From contig NW_021833584.1 in assembly GCF_006345805.1 (NCBI RefSeq), positions 1 through 64,000 of the forward strand: a stretch of 64,000 nt of DNA. The letters are read 5' to 3'. Shown in pieces: positions 53,537 through 64,000 of this stretch. This DNA comes from Octopus sinensis. Taxonomy: Eukaryota. The position numbers were made by a program, and so were the translations under genes. Numbering within the stretch: the first letter of the stretch is position 1; each line of letters starts with the position of its first letter. The notes under the pieces are model-generated. The model saw only the letters and a program-made list of their open reading frames with translations, made no database searches and was not told the origin of the DNA.

Positions 53537-54128
53537 GTGCATTATGGCTGTCCCCTCGTTATCGAGTATGGCCATTGCACGAAGCTTAACTGTTACTGGT
53601 GCTGTGATCGAATGTGACTTTTTAGCCCAGCTAAATATCTACAATGTCTTGTACAAAATTGGCAACTAAAACCTTTACTGGTAATAGCCGGCTGTAGTTG
53701 TAACTGGGTTTCATGTACCTTTGCATGTTGTTTAAGTCCTCCTGCCGAATTACACTCTCTTCCACATACCCGACAGATATGATTAGTACGGTGTGTTACA
53801 CCACCACCAGTGGCCAGGTTGTCACTCATCTGTCTCGTTTTATGACTAAGAAGATGACTCGTGAGTCCAGCTTTACTGAGGCAGTGTCTTGCACAGACAT
53901 TGCATGTCAGAATCAAAGGAAGACCCTTCCCTTCTGGAAGTGTAACATCGATGCCCTTCCTGACATCCCTCCTTACTTTCTCATGTGCAACTCGAGATTT
54001 CTCAAACGTGGCTGTCCCCTCATGCACAATCCTTCTCCACCTGCTACGATCAGTAGCTATGCCTTCCCATGTGTCAGGAGAGATGCAAGCATCTCTTAAG
54101 GAAGCCTTCAGCAAGTCCTTATACCTGC
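53537..54128 (-). mobile_element. RTE (BovB-like) LINE, 5'-truncated; ORF C-terminus with three C2H2 zinc fingers
   Basis: RYKDLLKASL..I...WE..A.DRSRWR..V.EG...FE..R motif, then three C-x2-C-x12-H-x3/4-H fingers; stop at 53593-53595; short 3' UTR with hairpin; (ATAC)n on both sides. Confidence 0.92.
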
Positions 54129-54835
54129 ATACATACATACATACATTGCAATTTCAAGCCTTTAGCGATGATATTGACCCGTTTCCGGTAGCGTCAACTG
54201 CGAACAGTTGCTGGTAATAATGAGGGAACGTTGAGGACAGAAGAAAAGAAACACGACACAAATGTGAATATACAAACAAAATAAAGGCCATGGAGCTAGG
54301 GGACAAGAAAAGGCGCGTGTATAAGTAACGCTATGGCAAATCTCCTATCGGACTGGAACCGGAAAGTCGAGAGATGGAAAGATAGAATGACAGGTGTAAA
54401 AACCCAAATTCTTTTATACACCCGGCCCAATGTTTATATATATAAATTTATAAATAAGGATAATATCGATATTTAAATATCGGTATTATCAAGTGGCCAG
54501 CATAGGAATAAATACCATACAAAGGTAATAATTTTTTTTTACAACTAAAAATAAGGGTGTCTGAGAGACACCACCATGCCGAAATAGCAGCCAAATCCCT
54601 GACTCTAAGAACCACCTTAAATGTTCATATCGCACCATCAGATAAGACAGAGGGACAAAATAGACTAGCAATAAGATATTACTGAATAATTCAATATCCT
54701 GGATTTCTAGCTTTGCTTTAAATAAGCTCTGCCTTCATCAGTTGAATATATCAGATTGGCACATAAACAAAAATATATATATATATACAGAACAAACGTT
54801 TACTTACATATACGATATATATATATATACATATA

Positions 54836-54907
<72 letters not shown>

Positions 54908-55447
54908 ATATATATTTATGTATGCATATCTACATACGTAAACGTACATACTTACATGAATACGTATACATATATGCATATGTGGGAACAGGACGTCACA
55001 AAACGCAAGCAACAAAAGATACGAAGTACGAGGACATGGAATATGAACTCTTTTTGCGAACAATGAAAGAAACAAATGGAAAACAAGACAAGCTACAGAA
55101 AGGACGACCCTTCATCAGTTGTCGGTTGTTTTTATTATCCGTATTTCGAGCAATTCCCGACAAGATACGCCTTCGATAAAACAATTGCTCCCGCAAAGCA
55201 AATTAAATCAATTTTGGTATTTTGCGAGAGGGTCAAAATTGGTGACAAAATCAGGACAATGAAAACAAACAGGAAGGGCTGCTAGACAGGAGACAGAGAA
55301 GAATACGTCTTCCTTGTCCAGCTGCAACAAGAAGAAAGAATGAGACACAAGTTAGAAGAAAGAAAAATGGTCGATATATATATATATGTGTGTGTGTGTT
55401 GTTTGAGTGTGTGTATTGATGCATATGTATATATATAATAATATATA

Positions 55448-55525
<78 letters not shown>

Positions 55526-55745
55526 CGATGGTGAATGAATTATCCTATGTTACCGTCAACATGGGAAATTCGATGAACCGATACCAGGGTAGCAAATTCA
55601 CGACAGAAACACGGTTGAAGCGACCTATCCAGAGGTAGAAACTCCTGGTTTCTTTCTTTTTGGAATAAAACCATGTTGTCTTCGAAACATATGTCGAAAG
55701 TAAAGGAATTTTGTAACATCTTCGTTCAACTCCATTTATTTATTT

Positions 55746-55794
<49 letters not shown>

Positions 55795-56394
55795 TATATA
55801 TATATGTATAAAACCATCTAGGTAACATACTTAATGTAGGTATGTCCCGCTGAAAAATGTAAATTAACTGTATTATTTGTCTGGAGATAATATCTCTTAT
55901 GGACACACATACATATGTATCAGCAGCAGACGAATATGCTGGATGGTCATTTCTGAAGCGATTGGGTTCGTCAGTAAAAATTATGTCTGCCTGTGTATTT
56001 ATGCATATATTCACATATTGTTAGATTGTTTTTTCTTAAAACATTTAACGTAAAGCGAGAGATTTTTCTCCACAGTAAACTGCAGTCAAACAACATTTAC
56101 TCTTTACAAAATATAACATGTCTCAATCATATTTGATCTGTTATGAAGTTTATTATTTGGGACGTAAGTCTAGAGAGGGCGCGGGCCAAAACTACACGCC
56201 CTTGCCCTCCATTGGTTAGCTGAAGCTTAGATCGTGCCACGTGACAGTTAGATGACAGTGGCTGCTGGAGACTGTTGTCGAGTATTTAATGCAAAATTTG
56301 GCAGGGCCGTTATTTGTATGCTTACATTCGTTGATGCTGCATCGAAGAAACCAAATAACAAAAGGTTAAAAAAAACAGAAGAAAAAGGGACTCA

Positions 56395-56470
56395 AACCCA
56401 GAGTCGATTTGCTCGAGTTAAGGCGGTGCTCCAGCATGGCAGCTGTCAAATGACTGAAACAAATAAAAGA
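56395..56470 (+). mobile_element. SINE family A tail fragment
   Basis: GTCGATTTGCTCGAG..AAGGCGGTGCTCCAGCATGGC..GTCAAATGACTGAAACA. Confidence 0.82.
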
Positions 56471-56608
56471 ATGTATGTCTATGTATATATATGTATATAT
56501 ATATATATATATATACATAGAAGGAAATTATATATATATATACATAGACGCCATGATAGATCGTTAGCCACTACACACATTTTTTCGCTCCTTGTTTTTT
56601 CGGTGTCC

Positions 56609-56644
56609 CTTTCTGTTGAAGAGCGTAGGCTCGAAACGTAAAAG
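56609..56644 (+). ncRNA. Minimal hammerhead-like motif with CUGUUGA core
   Basis: CTTT-CTGTTGA-A-GAGC gtag GCTC-GAAAC-GTA-AAAG; stems I and II perfect; position 6 is U instead of A. Confidence 0.5.
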
Positions 56645-56754
56645 ACTTTTTCAATTCCCGAGCGTTATACTAATACATCTGTTTGTTTTGTACACCACCT
56701 GTCGTCGTCTTTTGTTTTTTCGTAAACTCTCCCTATATATACACATTTTTTTTT

Positions 56755-56895
56755 TTTTTTTACTTGTTTCAGTCATTTGACTGCGGCCATGCTGGAGCAC
56801 CACCTTTTAGTCGAGCAAATCGACCCTGGGACTTATTCTTTGTAAGCCAGGTACTTATTCTATCGGTCTCTTTTGCCGAACCGTTAAGTGACGTA
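56755..56895 (-). mobile_element. SINE family A, 3' half
   Basis: Reverse complement of tail and body. Confidence 0.88.
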
Positions 56896-57559
56896 CATAC
56901 ATATATACATATATATGTTTGAAAAATTGAATAAAAACGCTCAGGGTTCGCTTTTGTCATCCATAGATCGTAGACATCCATTATCCGATGTTAAACCCAA
57001 TAATGAATGCCTTACCATCCGAACGATGCATCAACCTGAATCGAATGGCTTTCAACATAAAACGCAAATTCACAAAAGAATTGCTGGGTCCGTGATGATC
57101 GGAAAAGGCACTTACACAAGATTCCGCGCAGTGTCTTTGAACCAAGGTATTGTCCAAGCACAGCTGAATCAAAAACACTACGCGGCTTCAGAGTGATTAT
57201 TTTTCAGCAAATGCGATACCATGTATTATGTAGCCTGATAATTTGTAGCAATTAAGTTGACCTGGAAAAAAATCTCCTCCGTCGGCAGACTTTGGTAATT
57301 GCAACGTTGCAACTTAGATTTGGTGACTGAACACTCTTATCCATTAATAAAGCATATTATTGACGTGAAATATTCGAGATACCGCTGGTTTCATAGCACA
57401 ATCTAACTCCGCACCACCCGTTCGCTCCATCCGCTTTCCCCCGCTCTTTCTCTCTCTCTCTCGCTCTCTCTTTCTCTCTCTGTACTGTTGTCTATTTCCC
57501 TCTTTCTCACTCTCTGTCAGTCTCTCTATTTACTAGATCCTGTCTCTATCATTTGTCTC

Positions 57560-57570
57560 TGTACATATAT

Positions 57571-57613
<43 letters not shown>

Positions 57614-57668
57614 TATATACATATATATATATAATATATATATATACATATATATATACATATATATC

Positions 57669-57699
<31 letters not shown>

Positions 57700-57706
57700 T
57701 ATATAC

Positions 57707-57739
<33 letters not shown>

Positions 57740-57804
57740 GATACATATATATATATATACATGTATATACATATACATATATATATATATACATATATGT
57801 ATAC

Positions 57805-57835
<31 letters not shown>

Positions 57836-57857
57836 CATATATTATACATGTATATAC

Positions 57858-57900
<43 letters not shown>

Positions 57901-57923
57901 TACATATATGTATACATATATAT

Positions 57924-57960
<37 letters not shown>

Positions 57961-57985
57961 GTATACATGCATATGTGTATGTGTG
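57560..57985. repeat. (TA)n/(CATATA)n tract
   Basis: Direct reading. Confidence 0.95.
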
Positions 57986-58100
57986 TCTCGCCTACGCTCT
58001 AAACCCTTCCTATATACATACTTCCCTCCATCCCTCTGTCTCAATTTTTTTTTTCTATCTTCTACTCCTTTCCATCTTTGCGTCTGTGCAACAATAGCTT

Positions 58101-58143
<43 letters not shown>

Positions 58144-58624
58144 CCTCTTCCTCTCTCTCTCTCTCTTTCTTTCTCCCAGTAACAAACTACCCCATTATTG
58201 TAATTATTACTTGTTTAGCTGCAGACAGCACGTAGAATTTTAGCAGAAGTAAATTAAATACTTGGAGTAGAATAATTCTTTTCAATGACTCGATTTTCAT
58301 AATTAGTCGGAACCATTCGTCTTCAAATTTAGTTTCAAATATTCCTAGCGGAGAATTTCATAGCCATTCTTCACGTCTTCATACCTGGTTTTCTTCTTCT
58401 TTTTCTTTTGGTTCCTGTTTTCTTTTTCTTTTCATTTTTGTCTTTTTTTGGGGGGTGGTTTTGTTTTGAGCAACTGGAATAAACAAAAGGAAAGATAAAC
58501 AGAAAGAAAAAAGAAATAGAAACAAAAAAAAAAACTAATATAATTATTCCGCTTTTCTTCTTACTTTTCGAGATAAGAGAATGAAACCTAATTCCTTGAT
58601 AGAGCAGTTTCTGAAAATCAGCAT

Positions 58625-58740
58625 CAACCTCATCATCATCATCGTCAACACCGTCATCGTTATTATTATTATTATTATCATCATCATTATTGTTATTATT
58701 ATTATTATTATTATTATCCCATCATCATTATTGTTATCAA

Positions 58741-58807
<67 letters not shown>

Positions 58808-58829
58808 TATTTTATTATTATTATTGTTA

Positions 58830-58862
<33 letters not shown>

Positions 58863-59221
58863 CATCATCATAATTGTTATTATTATTACTATTATTATTA
58901 TCACCATCATCATTATTGTTATCAATATTATTTTATTATTATCATCATCATCATCATCATCATCATCATCGTTATTATTATTATTATTATTATTATATTA
59001 TTATTATTATTATTCATCATCATAATTGTTATTATTATTACTATTATTATTATTACCACCATCATTATTGTTATCAATATTATATTATTATTATTATTAT
59101 ATCATCATCACATCATCATCATCTTATTGTTGTTATTATTATATTATTATTATTATTATTATTATATTATTATTTTATTATTATTACTATTATTATTATT
59201 ATTAGTATTACTATTATTATA

Positions 59222-59258
<37 letters not shown>

Positions 59259-59290
59259 TATTATTATTACTATTTTTATATTAGTATTAC

Positions 59291-59331
<41 letters not shown>

Positions 59332-59370
59332 TTTTTATTATTATTATTACTATTATTATTATTAGTATAC

Positions 59371-59404
<34 letters not shown>

Positions 59405-59463
59405 TATTATTATTTTATTATTACTTTATTATTATTATTAGTATTACTATATTATTATTATTA

Positions 59464-59497
<34 letters not shown>

Positions 59498-59725
59498 TAT
59501 TATATTACTATTATTATTATTATTATTTGTCTATCTTGTTATCACTTGCCAAACGAAAACAAAATGCAAAAACAAAAAAAAATAGATAAATAAAGCAAGC
59601 AAAAACCGGGAAAAATACAAAAAAAAATACAAACAAAAATATGCAGTAAAACAAAAACGCTAAAAAACAATAATACTTTAGAGTGCAGTCTGTTTTAGCT
59701 ATTTCATTAATGGAGCTTACGTATC

Positions 59726-59768
<43 letters not shown>

Positions 59769-59941
59769 TATTATTAAGAAGAGCAAATAGCAACAACAGC
59801 AACAATAATGACAACAAGCAGACAACTGCAAGAACAAACAGGACATTAAGAAGGTAAACCCAATTCTTATTTCTTCGAAGATAACACGAATGAGATTCAA
59901 CAAGGAAATATTGGAGGATATTATTATTATCATTATTATTA

Positions 59942-60026
<85 letters not shown>

Positions 60027-60052
60027 CATTATTATTATTGTTATTATTATTA

Positions 60053-60085
<33 letters not shown>

Positions 60086-60180
60086 CATCATAATTGTTAT
60101 TATTACTATTTTATTATTATTATTATTATTATTATATTATATTCATCATCACATCATCATCATCATCGTTATTATTATTA

Positions 60181-60232
<52 letters not shown>

Positions 60233-60257
60233 TTATTATTATCATTATATTATATTA

Positions 60258-60289
<32 letters not shown>

Positions 60290-60427
60290 TTATTATTATT
60301 ATTATTATCATTATTATTATTGTTATTATTATTATTGTTATTATTATTTATTATTATTATTATTATTATCATTATTATTATTGTTATTATTATTATTATT
60401 ATATTATTATTATTATCATTATTATTA

Positions 60428-60503
<76 letters not shown>

Positions 60504-60514
60504 CATTATTATTA

Positions 60515-60552
<38 letters not shown>

Positions 60553-60575
60553 GTTATTATTATTATTATCACTAT
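58625..60575. repeat. Two large (ATT)n/(CAT)n complex microsatellite blocks with internal block duplications
   Basis: Direct reading; CATCATAATTGTTATT recurs near 58865, 59018, 60086; non-repeat interruption about 59525-59920. Confidence 0.95.
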
Positions 60576-60857
60576 CGGCGTTTGTTTTTATCGTGATGTT
60601 GTTGTTTTTAGGTAACGAACAAACGTGTATGCCAGAGTTCCGGGAGAAGTTTTAACCGGATTAACGTATGAAAAACAAAGTTACTTTTTTTGTTGTTGTT
60701 TTTGTTTGTTTTTGTTTGTTTTTTTGTTTTTTTCCATTCCTTTTCACTTGGTTCCAATTTTTATTTGCAGACTGTGTTCTGCTTGTTTGAGGTTCCATCC
60801 CATTACCAACAATAAAATAAATGTTTGTTCTTTAGACAATTCTAACTTCCACCTTCC

Positions 60858-60894
<37 letters not shown>

Positions 60895-60933
60895 AAATTA
60901 TATATATATATATAATATATCTATATATATATC

Positions 60934-61062
<129 letters not shown>

Positions 61063-62264
61063 ATATGTAAGTATGTATGTATATTGACAAATAACCATTC
61101 GCTATATTACATGAATTGCAAGATGGCCACGGTGATGGAAAACGATGGCTTCAGTTGAATAAATAAACACTACTCCAACCTACTTTGAATCAGCCAAAGT
61201 AAAATCATTTTAAAAAGCAACAGAAGAAAGCGAAATTTTTATGCACTCTATAAAAACATAAATACATGAAATAAACGTCTGTTTTATATGTTTATAATTG
61301 TGTAATGAAAGTCACAAAAATATGTTAGAATCATTCTTTTGTATGGAAAATGTAATGCGAAAACAACGACAACATAACCATCAATAACAACATTCCGCCA
61401 ATTAGTAACGCTGTGGGTTAAAACATAGAACTTGGCTTGAGTCTGCAGAAGAAAAAAGTGAAGCTGTGGTTAAGTTACGCCAGACGTGCCAGAAGCCAGT
61501 ACCTCTCTACCTGACGTCTTTCAAAATGGAACGTGTTTAAAGGAAGGTAACGTAACTGTTTGTTTTTCTTTTTTTTTGCTTTCAAATAAAATTGGCGGTA
61601 AAATCCATGTGACGTCAAAATTTTGTTGTAGGAAGCTTTAACTAATGAGTTTCCGTTGTGTATCATCTCAACCAGAACAGAGTCTAGATGGGTGCTTTAG
61701 GAGTTTAAGAGTCAGATTCAACCAAGGATATGTGTGAACTATGGCGTTCTGTATCATGAGACAGACTGGAGCTGCAAAACATGAGACTCAGAATTACAAG
61801 GTTCGCGGCAAGAGATACTTAGATGGTTAACTCTTGGCTTGGCTTGGTGTTAGATTTGCGTAACAATTCTGGTATGTGGAGAACACGCAGATGATGCGTT
61901 TCCTCGAAGAGGGTTTCTATTGTATTCCAAATCGTGACGACACGTGAAGAACATTTAACGAGTAGAAGTCATGTTAAGCAGACATGTTACAAGATGGAGA
62001 AACCCATTAGCAATGTGTGTTAATATAAGTCACATAAAGTTGGGGTCTGGCACTTAGTAGAAAAGGAAAAGCAATAGAACATGTGGGTTGTAACAGCAGC
62101 AGCAACAGTAGAGTTCAATGGTTACTAGCAGGACTGCAACTACAGCTGCTTCGGGTGTAATGAATCCCTGCTCTAAGAAGAGCCTGAGCAGAGCAAACGT
62201 AATCGTCTCAGATTTATTTTTAGTAGCACTAAAACCTTTCGCTGACAAAGAATCCCAAGAATAA

Positions 62265-62530
62265 GGCGGCGAGCTGGCCGAGGTCGACTTTGCGTTTCAT
62301 ACTTTCGGGGTCGATTAAACAAGTACCAGTTACTCACTGGGGTCGATATAATCGACTTAATCCGTTTGTCTGTCCTTGTTTGTCCTCTCTGTGTCTAGCG
62401 TTACTGGTACTTAATAAAGAATGAAAGGCAAAGTCGACCTCGGCGGAATTTGAACTCAGAACGTAGCGACGGGCGAAATACCGCGAAGCACGTCGCCCGG
62501 CGTGCTAACGTTTCTGCCAGCTCGCCGCCT
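62265..62530. mobile_element. Convergent inverted pair of family B SINE fragments
   Basis: Begins AGGCGGCGAGCTGGC, ends GCCAGCTCGCCGCCT; + copy lacks about 60 nt of head, - copy is 3'-truncated. Confidence 0.85.
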
Positions 62531-63710
62531 TAAATCTATAATACGTTAATCAAAATTTCAATCGCCGAAAGCATTCATGAAATTGGTCAGTAAGGAATAG
62601 AACTAGAATATCGAAACTTTACCGTTTATGAACTTTTCATTGAAAAGTTGGACAACTACAACGCAAGGGCGGTTAAACCAAGATTACTGTGTAAATCCCT
62701 GTCAATAATGATTTGAAATAGCTTCAGGCCTATGGTTTGAACTCTCATATCGATAGACGTCGTAATACGGCCAGTCTAGGGAATTTGTATTACAACATCT
62801 GAAATATGAATAGAAACAGTTTGAAACCCTTACATAAATCTGAACTAAATAATAGCTTATTTGAAATCAACACAGGCAAACGCAAAAATTTTTTATATTG
62901 GATGATGAGTAGAATTATACTCCAATAGATTACATAAACCGATTAAAAAATCCTGGAAGTTCTAATCCGAAACTGAATGACTAATATGGTGGGCCTCAAT
63001 CAAGAAGATTTAGTCACTAAATATGCAAATGAAGAGCTGTTTTGGGATCATAATGGTAACGCCTACTTTGACTGTAGAAGAACTATGACAGTTTCTGTCC
63101 AAGTAATACTCAGTAGCAATAGAATTAAAGCAACATGTTTTTTGGGGTTTTCTTCAGATTTTATGTAGTCTCCGTTCCTCCGAAAATTTTTAAGTGATTA
63201 AATTAGTATCACATCTTTTGTAGCTCGAGGGAAATCTCTAACATCTATGCAGTGAAATTTGCGTCTACCATTAAGCTAATTCAAGACAATCATATAGCAG
63301 CAATTAATATTAAGAACCAAATTTTGGTAGGTAATAAGTAATGTGGATTTAATTACTCCATTACTAATTGAAATCTTATGTATACAGTGAATATTATATC
63401 TCATTATTATATAGCTATAGCTAATACTACGATAATTGCGTCTCCTAACGCCAGAAATCGAAGAAAATGTTGCTTCAGGTACTATTTCGAATAAGATGTG
63501 TAACTATGGAGATATTACTGGATGCCGCCTCATAAAGAACATTACGCTATAGACGTTACTGGATTGAGAATTAAATTTGAATCACATAACCATTTAAATT
63601 CTTTGGAGAATGAAACCAAACCTTTAGAACCCCGTTAGTTAAAATATATAAAGAAAGAATATTAGATTATTTACAATTGAGGGATATTTGTCCTCATCTT
63701 GTTTGGTATT

Positions 63711-63756
63711 AACAAAACGTTTCGGCTGATATACCCTCCAGCCTTCATCAGGTGTC
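63711..63756 (-). ncRNA. Minimal hammerhead ribozyme motif in a short repeat next to (ATT)n
   Basis: Minus strand: GACAC-CTGATGA-A-GGCTG gagggtatat CAGCC-GAAAC-GTT-TTGTT; first stem I pair mismatched in this copy. Confidence 0.65.
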
Positions 63757-63830
63757 TTGGGGAAATTTCGAACCTGGGTTCTCATTCCTAACGTATTTTT
63801 CGATGTTATTCCAATTATTATTATTATTAC

Positions 63831-63872
<42 letters not shown>

Positions 63873-64000
63873 TACTACTATTATTATTATTATCATTACT
63901 TTGGTTTTAACTTTGATTTATGTCTTACTTCATCAGGGTATTTTTCTTTATTGTCCCACCATTAATCTGAGAATATATAGTAATAATCCGCCGTCTCTGA

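Noticed and set aside
53593-53905. Host C2H2 zinc-finger gene exon
   Set aside because: Fingers are in frame with an RTE ORF C-terminus, lack TGEKP linkers and are followed by an RTE-type 3' end.
55090-55190. CTGATGA on minus strand with TTGTCG/CGACAA stem (type III-like)
   Set aside because: No GAAA after stem II; surrounding sequence looks like an interspersed repeat but cannot be classified from the window.
55684-55695. GAAAC-ATAT-GTC half hammerhead
   Set aside because: No CUGANGA with a pairing stem II upstream.
56086-56163. Plus-strand 78-nt exon candidate ending at GTAAGT
   Set aside because: AT-rich, unrecognisable peptide, and the stronger upstream acceptor leads straight into a stop.
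61640-62250. Possible decayed L2/Daphne-type RT on minus strand and ORF 62054-62248
   Set aside because: Only vague motif echoes; no anchor strong enough to call.

Overview
64 kb of AT-rich, non-genic animal DNA. The SINE families and microsatellite load point to an Octopus/coleoid genome (inference; no database search was possible). No host protein-coding gene, rRNA, true tRNA gene or CRISPR array can be supported, and almost all ORF-track entries are microsatellite translations. The window contains: many simple repeats and one 35-bp minisatellite; about 25 copies or fragments of at least four tRNA-derived SINE families; truncated non-LTR retroelements of five groups (CR1/L2, Tx1/L1, R4/Dong, RTE with three C2H2 fingers, Penelope/GIY-YIG); small DNA elements (hAT MITE with 8-bp TSD, deleted mariner, 443-bp foldback). 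The most interesting signals are (1) a set of dispersed, sequence-unrelated minimal type-I hammerhead-ribozyme motifs, two tied to Penelope remnants, including a U3-A8 compensatory core variant and an A6U variant; (2) a LINE 3' end and a SINE 3' end sharing a covarying stem-loop; (3) local foldback inversions of SINE halves at (TA)n tracts; (4) apparent partitioning of retroelement clades among different microsatellite classes.
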